Of a DNA stretch of 64,000 nt, positions 25,246 through 39,816 are shown piece after piece. Numbering within the stretch: the stretch's first letter is position 1; every line of letters begins with the position of its first letter. A program made the translations under genes and the position numbers. Source of the DNA: Octopus vulgaris (Eukaryota); assembly GCA_951406725.2 (NCBI GenBank), contig OX597837.1:8184001-8248000 (forward strand). Reading direction: 5' to 3'. Below the pieces are notes generated by a model. The model was not told the origin of the DNA. It did not search any database and worked only from the letters and a program-made list of their open reading frames with translations.

Positions 25246-25795
25246 AAATAAGCAACAAGGATATCCAGAGGTAATGCACTATGATCGTTTCATGCAACTC
25301 CATTTAATTAAACGATGCAATCATTACATCAATTTAAAATGTAGTGCAATCTTCAGCAGCACAAAGACATAGCGTTTAATTAACTTAGAACAGATGGACA
25401 CATTAGTATAATTATACCTAAATTCTCCAAGAAGTTACGGAGATAGACAAAGAAGATGTCGTACCTACGTTTTTTATCTATCTCCTTAACTTCTTGGGGA
25501 TTTTAGGTATAATTATTCTAATGTGTCCATCTGTCGTAATTTAATTAAATTGTATGTCTTTGTGCAGCTGAAGATTGCTCTACATTTTAAATTGATGTAA
25601 TGATTGCATTGTTCAATTAAATGGAGTTGCATGAAACGATCGCACTGCATTACCTCTGGATATCCTTGTTGTTTATTTTGATTTTAATCACCTTATTTTG
25701 AAATTGTATGGATAATACCGTACTAAATGCTGGTGCCTCAACTTAAGTACCATATTCATCTGAATCTAAATTTTTGCTGAACTCATCTATCATAC
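25242..25795 (+). mobile_element. Fold-back element (arms 25242-25451 / 25473-25682) with decayed HHRs and 3' extension
   Basis: ~210-bp inverted arms, ~21-bp spacer, (TA)n directly upstream. Confidence 0.88.
25563..25649 (+). ncRNA. Hammerhead relic with long stem II (cleavage triplet mutated)
   Basis: tgcag CTGAAGA ttgc...tgcat GAAAC gatc GCA ctgca; the opposite arm (25275-25361, -) has GAAAC gatc ATA; inferred consensus GTA. Confidence 0.6.
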
Positions 25796-26545
25796 CCAAA
25801 GTACATATACATATATATATATATATTTGTATATATATATGTATGTATACACACACTCATCTCCACCACCACACATATATAGGTTATGAGAAGAAATGTT
25901 GTCAGGAAAACCCCAAGGTGTCGGGTAATGGTGAGTAAGTGCTATGGAAACACTATAATTAAGCTCCAGGTTCGATATATATTTATATATATATATTCGC
26001 ATTTAATGACTTTAGATTTGTCCTTTCTGGTATTATATTCGGCCCAGCTATATATATTAATTTTTGTATTCACATTACCATTCCGCTAAACCATCAATAG
26101 ATTGCTATAGTAAACATATGTACGCTGAAAGGCGGAATTAGCCGACACCAGCGTATCTGTATACATTTGAGCTCTTTCTCCAGCACAAGAAGCATTTTAC
26201 TCCTATTTCTAGTAATGTAGGTGTCAGGGGCACATTTAGTTGCATTTAGTGACGATTCAATTATTCTATCTTTACTATGCAAACATATAAGGAGTGGAAA
26301 CCAGTTCTTCGTAATCAAACGATAATGGGAGATGGATTATTTTTTTTTAAACCACAAGAATTCATCAGCCCACGTGACTTCCCGTAATGCTGAAACTGAA
26401 GCGGAAGTATTTATTGTTTGAGATTTTACATTATAGCAACGAATGTGTTTACATAGTAGAAGCAAAAGAGTCACATGTGGTTCATAACAGTCTTAGAAAA
26501 TGTAGGAAACCATCAGAAATGTATTAGTAATCATTCGTGTGCATA

Positions 26546-26613
<68 letters not shown>

Positions 26614-27047
26614 CATACATACATATATACATTGATCTACATAATTTGCATCAAGTGCAAAATATAACCTTACATTTTATACACAAACACACGCACATGC
26701 ACACACACATACACCTACGCACAAGCGCATACACACACACAGAAACATGAGGTGCAACAGGTTCGCATCTGAGTAAGTGTATGCATACGTACATATTTAT
26801 ATATATATATTTGTATATATATATGTATATATTTGTATATATATATGTATGTATTTATATATATATATGTATATTTTTATATATATATATATATATATTT
26901 ATAACATATATATAACATATATATAAGTATATATATTTATATATATACTTATATATATGTTATATATATATATATTTATATATATGTATATATACTTATA
27001 TATATAATTATATATATTTATATATATATATTAATATATATGTATAA

Positions 27048-27098
<51 letters not shown>

Positions 27099-27183
27099 TA
27101 CATGAATATGTATATGTATATATACATACATACATACATATGTATTTATGCATATATGCATACATACCTACATACACACACAT

Positions 27184-27217
<34 letters not shown>

Positions 27218-27821
27218 CTGCGTCTGTGTGTGAGTGCTTGTACATATATGCGCACGCGTTGTGTGTATACGCATTTATATGTTATCTCATATATATATAT
27301 ATATACATATGCATGAGTGTATATATGTAGCAATGAATAGCAAAATCCAAGCGCCAGATTAGGAATCAATGACCAAAAGCTACAGACAAATAACAATAAA
27401 TACATAAACAAATAAAGAAACAGACAAATAGATATGTAACTAAAGAAACAAAGAAAACCAAAAATAATCCAATCAAAAACAAAAACAAACAGAGGAAAGA
27501 AAAAAGAAAGCAAACAAGATACGGAGGTAAAAATAAAATGGTGAGACTCATATCTGAGAGGAAAATATTATTATTAAGTCGTAAAACGAGCAATTTCGAG
27601 TGAATGATTGCAGGAAGAAGAACATGAAACATTGGTGGAATTTTGGAAAATGGTAAGGAAATGAGGAAGAAGGATTGTGCGAGCGTGCGTGGGTTTCTGT
27701 GAAGACAACGGTGTCAGTGGATGTTTGAAAGTGTATGTTTGCAAGCGTGTGTAAGTGTATATGAGTGTGTGTGAGTGTTAATGTTTAAATACAATATTCA
27801 CACATATATCCGAATACACAT

Positions 27822-27887
<66 letters not shown>

Positions 27888-28219
27888 TAATAAATAAAAT
27901 ATATGCATACATACAAACATATATGTACGTACCTACATCTACATGTATATATACATGCATATATAAATATATATACGTGAGTACAGGACACCACAACTAA
28001 ACGTAGAACTCAACGAGAAACGAAAACGGAAAGACCATTTTTTTACAACAGAAAAACAGAGTACAGGACATACTACACAAGGAAAAATCCCCTATCATCA
28101 GCTATGTACATATATGTGTATATATATATGCATACATATATGTGCATATATATATGCATTTCCATATGTATTTATATAAGTATGTATATAGATGTATATG
28201 TATATATATCTATATCTAT

Positions 28220-28257
<38 letters not shown>

Positions 28258-28266
28258 GTATGTGCA

Positions 28267-28684
28267 ATGCCAAATTTTGGCATTAAAAGTAACCCCAACA
28301 GCAGAACGAGGCGCCACTGCATGGCGCCAAATATCTGAACTTCACCATCAAAATACAGGACCAGATACAGCAACAGCTTGGGTTTCAGGGGACCACATCT
28401 CTTCAATATCCTTTCCAAATGCCTGAGAGACCTGCATAGCGTGGATGTGGGTTTCTTTAAAACTAAACTCGATCTCTTCTTGTCAGGGGTTCTAGATGAA
28501 CCTACATCTCAGCAGGAAACACAGATGCGGGCATCGGTGTCGTACTTAATTATTTGACCAAGTGCCAAGTATCAGAGGGGGTTTCAGGGTTTCACATACA
28601 TGTGTAGCACGATCAAACGTGGTGCCCCAGCATGACAGCAGCTTTCGGGTTCAAGCATTTTTAAGGATTTAAGGATTTTAGGAT
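28267..28684 (+). mobile_element. CR1-like LINE 3' end (ORF2 C-terminus, 3' UTR and tandem tail)
   Basis: [47 protein letters not shown]; one upstream in-frame stop; tail (ttaaggat)n. Confidence 0.75.
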
Positions 28685-28698
28685 ATATATATATATAT

Positions 28699-28858
28699 AC
28701 GGCGGGCTACTTTCAGTTTCCGCCTACCTAATCCACCCACAAGGCTTTGGTCGGCCCGGGGCTATAGTAGAAGACACTAAATGTGCCATACACTGGAACT
28801 GAAACCGAAACTATGCGGTTGGGATGCAAACTTTTTAACAGAAAGCCACTCTTGCACC
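28699..28858 (-). mobile_element. SINE A 5' half
   Basis: tttcagtttccgcctacc..cacaaggctttggtcggcccggggctatagtagaagacact. Confidence 0.8.
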
Positions 28859-28872
28859 AAGACAGAATGAGG

Positions 28873-28946
<74 letters not shown>

Positions 28947-29089
28947 CATGCATACATGTACAAAATTATGCAGATATCCTTTTCTATATATATATAGACA
29001 TACGCATATATATGTATATAGATGCGAATACAAACACAAACACAGACACAAACAGACTCATAAATATGAATATATAAACACACACATAC

Positions 29090-29127
<38 letters not shown>

Positions 29128-29150
29128 ACATACGCATATTTATACATACA

Positions 29151-29244
<94 letters not shown>

Positions 29245-29252
29245 CATATATA

Positions 29253-29309
<57 letters not shown>

Positions 29310-29637
29310 TGAGAGAGAGAAGGAGAGGAGATTGATAGAGAGCTGGCTACCTAGTTAGATATATGTAATAAGAGCATAAACAGGAATTTTGGTGGGTTAC
29401 TTGGATGGAGGGAGATTTAGCAAATATGAGGCAGTAATTGTCTAAATAGGCTGCAGGGATGTAATATCATGTATATCATGGATAGCTGTTATCTTATCTG
29501 TTTTAAATGTATAGCGTTCGTTCACGGACCAACATGGCCGAGGGGAGAAGTTTAAGCTGTAAAGTACATATGCGCATGCGTGTACGTATACGCAGTAATA
29601 TGTGTGTTTATGTGTGTGTGTGTGTGTGTGTGTGTGT

Positions 29638-29682
<45 letters not shown>

Positions 29683-30003
29683 CACGTTTTTCGAGTGGGT
29701 GTGTTTGTCTTACCATACGTACACAAAGAAAAAGAGAAGATGGTCCTTGAATGATGAACATTAAATACCGCCATATTGTGTGAAAACGCTGAAGAGTATT
29801 CTAACGATACACTCGCACACATCACCATCACACACACACACACATGCACACACACATATACATGTTTGTGTAGATATATGTATATATATATATACAGATA
29901 TGTTTGTATATAAATATACATATATATATATATGCCTGCATATTTACATACATATATGCAGGTACATATGCATATACATATATATATGCATATATAGGTA
30001 TAA

Positions 30004-30048
<45 letters not shown>

Positions 30049-30092
30049 GATATTCAGCTATTTATTAACAAATGTGCACATGTACATACACA

Positions 30093-30150
<58 letters not shown>

Positions 30151-30262
30151 TATACATATGTCTATATATATATATGCCTATATGTATATATATATACATA
30201 TACATACATATATGCATATACATACATATATACTTATACATAATTATGCGAATGTACATGTT

Positions 30263-30297
<35 letters not shown>

Positions 30298-30610
30298 ATA
30301 CACATATGGATATATATGTCTCTACATACATACATTCATACGCACACACACAAATGTACATGGGAAGCCTGATACATGTGGTTTAATAGTTCTGGTTATC
30401 TCTTCTGAATATCGGCAACGGATCTGTAAAGAGAGAAATCTAAGCGTCTCTCAAGATCCGTGTACTCTACGAACGAACGATCGATGTAATTGCGTGTATG
30501 CATTTCTATAATAATGTGTATACATGCATGTATACACACACACACATGTGCAAACAAATACAAACACACACTTTTACACACAAACACATATATATACACG
30601 CATATATACT

Positions 30611-30686
<76 letters not shown>

Positions 30687-31125
30687 CATACGTATACACA
30701 CACACATACACACACACACACACACGTATATATATATAATTGTAATTGTACATATTTATAAGAGGAAAGGAGAAAGAGAGAGAGAAAGAAAAAGAATACG
30801 CGTAACATATTTCACACTCCCACGCACGCACACATGTACACGTATGGAAATAGGTATATATATATACATGTATATATACATACGAACATCATGTATATAT
30901 ATACATATATTCTGATAGAAAGAGGTCACAACTCTTGACTGAAGAAAATGGTTTTAAAAATACTGTCAAATAAAATTTCACACTGGAAAATCTTAGGCGT
31001 TCATTCATTCATTATTTGATTTCAGGGGTTTATTGTTATTGCTCTCGTTATCGCAGGCATAGAACCGAGAAAAGGGATGGGGCACATTACTGTTATACTG
31101 AACATATTTATCTATGCAATATGTA

Positions 31126-31176
<51 letters not shown>

Positions 31177-31182
31177 ATATAT

Positions 31183-31238
31183 ATAACCTAGGGTCGACCA
31201 AAGCTTGCTGAGTGGATTTGGTAGACGGAAGCCTGTCG

Positions 31239-31272
<34 letters not shown>

Positions 31273-31518
31273 TGTATGTATGTATGTATATATACGTATG
31301 TGTGTGTATATGTTTGTGTGTCTGTGTCTGTCCCCCTGACATCGCTTCACAACCGATGCTGGTGTGTTTAAGTCCCCGTAAAAGTAGCGGTTCGGCAAAA
31401 GAGACCGATAGAATAAGTACTAGGCTTACAAAGAATAAGTCCTGTGGTCTTATTTGCTCGACTGAAAGCGATGCTCCAGCATGGCCACAGTCAAAATGAC
31501 TGAAACAAGTAAAAGAAT
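31183..31518 (+). mobile_element. SINE A, 5'-truncated
   Basis: gtggatttggtagacggaa...gatgctccagcatggccacagtcaaaatgactgaaacaagtaaaag. Confidence 0.85.
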
Positions 31519-31592
31519 ATATTCATATTAAATATGCCACATACATACATGCATGTATGGATACATGACGTCAGCATATATATACATACATA

Positions 31593-31625
<33 letters not shown>

Positions 31626-31659
31626 TTATATATACATTTATATATTTATACACACACAC

Positions 31660-31730
<71 letters not shown>

Positions 31731-32364
31731 CATATACACACTATTTAATTTCTTGTCTCTCCCTAATGATTTAATAGGATTACCAAAGCCATTTGTGGAA
31801 CAGATATATTTATAGAATTCATTCCGATACTGATTGTATGTATCAGCCACCGACCGCCGCCATATTACCATTTTCCCCTATTGCCGCAACTAATACAGTT
31901 CCTTCTCTCTCTCCTTCTCCTCTCCCCATCTGTCATCACTCTGTCTCTGTCCCTCCCTCTCTCTCTCTCTCCATCTTTTTTTTTTGTTCTACCTCTTCTC
32001 ACTTTACTGTAGCCGTAATAATGACTGCTGGGAGTACCTAAATGTGCTTAAGTGCTTGCGGTTCTCTTTGAGCATGCGTGCACATGCTCTTGTGTACCTG
32101 CGCATGTGTGCTTATGTATGTGCGTATTTCTGAATATATGTACTTATTTGAGAACGTGTAGGAGACTCTGTGTATGTATGTGTGTACGTGTGTTTGTGTG
32201 TGTGTTTGAGTGAGCGTATGCTTCGGTAATAATAGGAATGCTGATTTAGCTTATATTTAAAGATGATGGCTGAAAATTAGCTATGAAAACTAATCGGTAG
32301 CAGAAACAGTTTGGTTATGTTTTGTTTGTATTATTATTTAGGATCTGCTAGTACAACATATACG

Positions 32365-32450
<86 letters not shown>

Positions 32451-33016
32451 TATATACGTTAGTAGAAAGTAAAAGGCTCCACGCACCGAAGCAGACATGC
32501 ACACACATACACACTACACATGTGAAAACATATATGCGGACGTGCATAAATATATAGACAAATGCGAACACTTATATATACATAGGTGTATATATCTGTA
32601 CACACATACACATCACGCCTAAAACTTGACAGGCACATGAAAGGTATTTATGTATATATATAGATATATGTGTGTGTGTGTCTGTGCGTGTGAAGGAGAC
32701 AGTGACAGGAGGGATGTGCGTGTATCCGTGCGTATTTCTGTGTGTGCGTGTATGTGTGTGTGTATGTGTGTGTTTGTATTTGTGTGTGTGTGTATATATA
32801 GAGAGAGAAATCGAAGAATTATCGTAAAACCAGGCCATGGCAATCACCATCAAAGCCAAAGAACGGTATATTGGAAAGTTTGAGGATTAAAGCGGCCATT
32901 TTTATTAACAAGTAGTATCTACCATGAAAAACAGACAGGAGTTACCGGGTGCTGTTTGGTTAATTTAACACTCGCAAACTGTACACATGAATTGCAGCTG
33001 CACTCCTTTTGCGGGC

Positions 33017-33093
<77 letters not shown>

Positions 33094-33182
33094 TATATAT
33101 ATACATATACATATATGCACATATATATATACATATACATATATGCACATATATATATATAAATATATGTGTATTAATTATT

Positions 33183-33213
<31 letters not shown>

Positions 33214-33250
33214 GTATTTATGTGTATACATACATACATACATACATACA

Positions 33251-33507
<257 letters not shown>

Positions 33508-33715
33508 GTATCAGATCTAAGCTCGGTCGGTTTTCAATTTCTCCTGCTAAGTGCTTTTGAAAGCTAAAACCTTCTCACACAAGGTAAAAGTATATATCTT
33601 TTCTTTTGTTGTTTGTTGTTTGCATTTATCTAATTCTTTGTAGCTATCTCGTACTATTGTGGCTTTCTAAAGCGCCTCTCTTTCTCTCTTTCACCATTCA
33701 TACATAGATACATAG

Positions 33716-33778
<63 letters not shown>

Positions 33779-34034
33779 ATAATCCGGTATTTGTAATACA
33801 CCACATGACGCAATTTCCTGCCAAGCACATGCCAAACGTTCGTCAGATAACAAAGTCATCGTGTTCTAAAAATAACTGGGTTCATATAGTTTGATGTTTG
33901 CTTTGCTGTCTATATTCTTTCCGCTACAATCGTTGAGTTTGTAATTTCAAAAAAGAAAAAGAAAAATTAAATGAAAATGCAAATATTCATTTGTAAATGG
34001 CGTACATCATTACACATTAATATTGCAAGTGACT

Positions 34035-34617
34035 AAGGCGGCGAGCTTGCAGAAACGTTAGCACGCCGGGCGAAATACGTAGCCGTATTTCGTCTGACGT
34101 TACGTTCTGAGTTCAAATTCCACCGAGGTAGACTTTGCCTTTCATCCTTTCGGCGTCGATAAATTAAGTACCAGTTACGCACTGAGGTCGATCTAATCGA
34201 CTTAATCCGTTGTCTGTCCTTGTTTGTCCTCTCTGTGTTTAGCCCCTTGTGGTTAGTAAAGAAATATGTATTCTACTGCTATGTTCTGAGTTCAAATTCC
34301 GCGGAGGTCGACTTTGCCTTTCATCCTTTCGGGATCGATTAAATAAGTACCAGTTACGTACTTGGGTCGATATAATCGACTTAATCCGTTTGTCTGTCCT
34401 TGTTTGTCCTCTCTGTGTTCATCCCCTCGTGGGTAGTAAAGAAATAGGTATTTCGCCTGTCTTTATGTTCTGAGTTCAAATTCCGCCGAGGTCGATTTTG
34501 CCTTTCATCTTTTCGGCTTTCGGAGCCGATAAATCAAGTACCAGTTGAGTACTGTGGTCGATGAAATCGACTGGCCCCTCCCACAAAATTTCGGGCCTTG
34601 TGCCTAGAGTAGAGAAG
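34035..34617 (+). mobile_element. SINE B trimer (head plus three bodies, the last with an alternative tail)
   Basis: Bodies restart at ~34268 and ~34447; TSD aatattgcaagt 34019-34030 / 34618-34629. Confidence 0.88.
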
Positions 34618-35206
34618 AATATTGCAAGTAGTTGTAATTCGTGTTGGATACGTTGTAATTGATTATTTTTCCTTGTTTTATTAATTGGCCTGCGTTCATA
34701 CTGGAGCACCGCCTTGATATTCTTAGTTTAACATACTGGACTTACTTGATTAATAATTATCATTCTATTGATCTTTTGGTTTAATTTTTAAGTTACAGGT
34801 GCGTACACAGAGAAAGATTGGACGTCAAGTGATGAGAAGGGAAGACAACGGGTTTCAAAATAGTTCTTGTTTCCCAAATTCACTCATAAGAAATTAATTT
34901 GCCCTTAGCAATAGTAAAAGACACATAAGATACCGTGCACTGGGATAGAGCCGGAAACTGAGGGGTTAAAAGCGAGCTTCTTGACTATACGGCTACGGTG
35001 AAAAATATCTTTGAAATATAGAATTTCATAGAATTGAAAGGAAATATGACTAAACAAGGGAAAAAATATTAGGAGTCGAAAGTTATCAATTGATATAGTT
35101 TCATAGAGTTTAGTTAACAAAGGAATGTCGGTTAAAAACTAAGTGATGCATAAGAATGTGAATCGTTGTAAATTGTCAAATATTAATGCATTCCTTCAAC
35201 TAGTTA

Positions 35207-35592
35207 CTCTTTTACCCTTTTACTTGTTTCAGTCAATTGACTGCGGCCATGCTGGAGCATCGCCCTAGTCGACCAAATCGACCCCGGGACTTATTCTTTG
35301 TAAGCCTAGTACTTATTCTATCGGTCTCTTATGCCGAACCGCTAAGTTACGGGGACGTAAACACACCAGCATCGGTTGTCAAGCGATGTTGGGCGGACAA
35401 CAACAGACACAAACACACACACATATATACGACGGGCTTCTTTCAGTTTCCGTTTACCAAATCCACTCACAAGGCTTTGGTCGGCCCGATGCTTTAGTAG
35501 AAGACACTTGCCCAAGGTGTCACGCAGTGGGACTGAACCCGGAACCATGTGGTTGGTAAGCAAGCTACTTACCACACAGCCACTCCTGCGCC
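35207..35592 (-). mobile_element. SINE family A, full length
   Basis: Near-consensus reverse complement. Confidence 0.92.
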
Positions 35593-35847
35593 TATTTTTT
35601 AAGTGTTTCACAAGGTATTTCCGAAGGTTCTGTTATCTAGTGAACGAAAGCGAACTGATATTTACACATTCTATACATTCATTCAGGATTTTGAAAAAGT
35701 TACTCACCTCTGCAAGAACCTGATTTATAAAATATTTGCTGGATGAGACTTGACCTCGAATAAGGCAACGACTTGTGAGAAAACATGGTTATATACGAAG
35801 AAGTTCACATGGAAACACACTCACACACAGATATATGTAATTTAATG

Positions 35848-36238
35848 TGGTACTCCGTCGGTTGCGACGACGAGGGTTCCAGTTGATCCGATCAACGAAA
35901 CACCTTGCTCGTGAAATTAACGTGCAAGTGTCTGAGTACTCCACAGACATGTGTACTCTTAACATAGTTCTCGGGGGAGATTCAGCGTGACACAGAGTGC
36001 GACAGGGCTGGTCCTTTTTTGAAATACAGGTACAACAGAAACAGGAAGAAAGAGAGAGAGAGAGAAAATTGTGGTGAAAGAGTACGGCAGGGTTCACTCC
36101 ACCCTTGTCGGAGCCTCGTGTAGCTTTTCGGTGTTTTCGCTCAATAAACACTCACAACACCTGGTCTGGTCTGGGATTCGAAACCGCGATCCTATGACCG
36201 CTAATCCGATGTCCTAATCACTGGGCCATTGCGCCTCC
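35848..36238 (-). mobile_element. tRNA(Arg)-like SINE C subfamily with alternative (RTE-like) tail
   Basis: Head ggaggcgcaatggcccagtg, shared gtttattgagcgaaaacac domain; the tail gcacgttaatttcacgagc..ctcgtcgtcgcaaccgacggagtaccac also occurs alone at 50447-50554. Confidence 0.85.
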
Positions 36239-36390
36239 AGTGATTAGGACATCGGACTAGCGGTCATAGGATTGCGGTTTTGAATCCCAATATATATATA
36301 TATATATATATATATACGTGTATGCGTGTGTGTGTAGTAAGATATACGTCCGCATGTGTATATTTATATACATATATATATTTATAGATG

Positions 36391-36435
<45 letters not shown>

Positions 36436-36529
36436 CTACATATGTGTACATTGTCATCATTATAATATAAATAATGTGTGTGCGTGTATATATATATATA
36501 CACACATATATATACACATATACATATAC

Positions 36530-36564
36530 GCAAACATACATACATACACACACACATATATATG

Positions 36565-36598
<34 letters not shown>

Positions 36599-36716
36599 TG
36601 TATGCATGTACGTATGTATGTGTATATATGTATGTATGTATGCATGTATGCATGTATGTATGCATGTATGTATGTATGCATGCATGTATGTATGTATATG
36701 TATGTATGTATGTATG

Positions 36717-36748
<32 letters not shown>

Positions 36749-37155
36749 CGTATGTATGTATGTATGTATCGTCACACTGTGAGCCTGCGCAAGAGTGCCT
36801 TCTCACATTGCCATTCAAATCATAACATCGCTGCTATTGTTATCACTTCGTTTTATAACATTATAATCATAAGCCTATATGAATTATTTCTTTCTCTCTA
36901 TAAGAGCTGACAAAAATGGCATCCAACGAGGTTAACTTAAACGTTTTCACCTCGTCCACCTCGTCTTATACCTCATCCATTCACTCTCTCCGTCTCTCTC
37001 TGTTTCTCTCTCTTTGTCTCTGTCTGTCTGTCTCTCTCTCTCTGTTTCTCTCTCTCTGTTACCCTCTATCTTTCTCTGACACTTTCAATACAAAAGACAT
37101 AGCGTATGCAATCTGGACGGACTCGTATACATACATACATACATACATACATACA

Positions 37156-37189
<34 letters not shown>

Positions 37190-37242
37190 CATACATACAT
37201 ATATACATACATACACGCATACATACATACATACATACATGC

Positions 37243-37273
<31 letters not shown>

Positions 37274-37426
37274 CTTACATACATACATACATACTTACAT
37301 ACATACATGCATACATACTTACTTACATATATACATACATACATACACGCATACATACATACAATCATACATACATACATACATACATACATACATACAT
37401 ACATACAAATATACATACATACATAC

Positions 37427-37457
<31 letters not shown>

Positions 37458-37520
37458 CACGCATACATACATATATACATACATAGATACATACATATAT
37501 ACATACATACATACACACAT
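36530..37520. repeat. (ATGT)n and (ACAT)n microsatellites
   Basis: Directly visible. Confidence 0.93.
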
Positions 37521-38153
37521 ACACACTCAGACACACATATACGCTACCAGGAATTTGTATATATATATATACATATATGTATGTATGTGTGTGTATGTGT
37601 ATGTGTGTGTGTACTGTTTACGACTGTGCGCCTACTGTGTGTTTATATAATGAATAAATTAGACACCACTTAAAAAGCAAATAGCGCCAGGTTGTTGAGA
37701 ATCGATTGCGACGCACAACAATGGTATAGAAATGGTAATTGTTTGATACGGAACAATCAGTCATCGAACACCACATTGTGTATTCGAACTGATCCTGTCG
37801 CCCCTTTTCTCTGACACTTTCGTATAATCTCTCCTCGTTCTCTTCCTTCTTCTTTTGTCTCCCTTTATATATCTATTTCTCCTTCCTTCCAAAATACATG
37901 ATACATCGCCCTTTCATTGCCCCCTCCCACCACCACCACCAAGGCCAGCGCCGCTACCGTCGACCATTTTCGCCATTGTCATTTTTCGGGTGGCTTCCAT
38001 TTTTATTTCGTCTGACTTCACTTGTGATCTGTTTGTAAATACTGATGGACAATGTAGAACGAACACACAACGCAAGCACATACACATCCTCTTACACACG
38101 CACGCACACTCACACACACACACACACACAAACAAACACACACAATGTGTGTG

Positions 38154-38210
<57 letters not shown>

Positions 38211-38262
38211 TAGGCAATTCGTTGCTAAACCCTTTATTGCTTAGTATATATATATATATATA

Positions 38263-38487
38263 TTTCTTCACTACCCACAAGGGGCTAAACACAGAGGGGA
38301 AAAACAAGGACAGACAAACGGATTAAGTCGATTACATCGACCCCAGTTCGAAACTTGTACTTTATTTATCGACTCCAAAAGGATGAAAGGCAAAGTCGAC
38401 CTCGGCGGAATTTGAACTCAGAACGTAACGGCAGACGAAATACGCATTTCGCCCGGCGTGCTAACGTTTCTGCCAGCTCGCCTCCTT
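38263..38487 (-). mobile_element. SINE family B
   Basis: Reverse complement of full B. Confidence 0.9.
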
Positions 38488-38677
38488 GTGCACGTGCGTA
38501 TCTTTGTGTGTGGTCACAATATAAATGTATATATAGATGCATTCCCATTTTGAATCTCAGTGTGTGCATGTGGACGTGCATTGGTATCTTTGTGTGTGCG
38601 TGTGTGTGTGTATATGTGTGTGTCAGTCCATTTGCCTGTCTATCTAAGTGTCCGTATGTACGCCAGGATTGTTGTAG

Positions 38678-38908
38678 ACGGCGCGAGCTGGCAGAAACGT
38701 TAGCACACCGGGCGAAATACATAGCGGTATTTCGTCTGCCGTTACGTTCTGAGTTCAAATTCCGCCGAGGTCGACTTTGCCTTTCATCCTTTCGGGGTGG
38801 ATAAATTAAGTACCAGTTACGCACTGGGGTCGATGCAATCGACTTAATGCCTATGTCTGTCCTTGTTTGTCCCCTCTGTGTTTAGCCCCTTGTGGGTAGT
38901 AAAGAAAT
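38678..38908 (+). mobile_element. SINE family B
   Basis: Full B; TSD aggattgttg 38665-38674 / 38909-38918. Confidence 0.9.
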
Positions 38909-38984
38909 AGGATTGTTGAAGTCTGTGCGTAGATTTAACTTTAACCAAAATCATGTAAATGAAACGACTTTCGCTCATACGAGG

Positions 38985-39166
38985 GATAAGGCAAAGGGGC
39001 CGATACAGCTTGTCACCAGTGACGTTTCAACTCACTTCTACATGTGAGCGAATGCGAACAACGTAAAATAAGGTTTCTTGGTCAAGAACACAACACACAA
39101 CTCGGTCCGGGAATCGAACTCGCAACCTCACGATTGTAAGCCCAACGCTCTAACCACTGATTCACG
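38985..39166 (-). mobile_element. Degenerate tRNA-derived SINE
   Basis: gggaatcgaactc B box, ctctaaccactga A box, tcttggtcaagaacacaac central motif. Confidence 0.65.
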
Positions 39167-39379
39167 TACTACTGAATCATTACAACTGTCGTCATGGTAG
39201 CTTTTTGTTTTTGTATCAAACCGCTTAAAAACACACTTGGCACATTGGTAAACTCCTTTCCGTTTAAAGTGGTGCAATTTTAAACTCTCCATCGAAGTAT
39301 TATGTTAATTTATGTTCCAAACAACAGCTGAACACTAAGGTTAGTTTACTAAATTCTTCAGAATTTCGAAATTAATTGA

Positions 39380-39720
39380 AACAAGAGCACTCAGAAAACG
39401 CCAACCTCCTCCGTCCTCTCAACGATTAGCCAGAGATGATTTTTAAAATGAGAATATTTGAAATAATCTCAACTGCTCTCACAAACGAGAATACAACAAA
39501 AATGAATCCGACCGCTCTCAAAAGTAAAAAAAAGAAAACGGAAAAATAACCCAGAATCCTTGTCCGGTACCAGATCGAGCCCAAAATCTAATCAATTCGT
39601 GTTACTCACGCGGCCAAACATCCCTGAAAATTTCATCCGAATCCATCCAGCGATTCTTGAGTTATCTTGTCGACGGACAAACTAACAAGCAAGCATGGCT
39701 GAAACGATTAAACCCACCAT
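39380..39720 (+). mobile_element. Helentron-associated (HINE-like) non-autonomous element
   Basis: Starts aacaagagc; ends with aaatttcatccgaatcc..ttcttgagttatc..acggacaaac, motifs I recall as typical of mollusc HINEs. Confidence 0.5.
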
Positions 39721-39816
39721 CAGTATTGCATTTCATTCGGAATATGGCAACGAAATGGTATTTCCATTCTTCTGTAGTTTAAATTCCATTTCCTACTATC
39801 CATTATTTTTCATCTT

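Noticed and set aside
27979-28102. Hammerhead at CTGATGA (minus strand, ~28095-28101)
   Set aside because: No GAAA-NUH half or stem I partner. Lone CTGANGA hits near 6155, 26365, 29790, 30930, 46055 and 57942 were likewise discarded.
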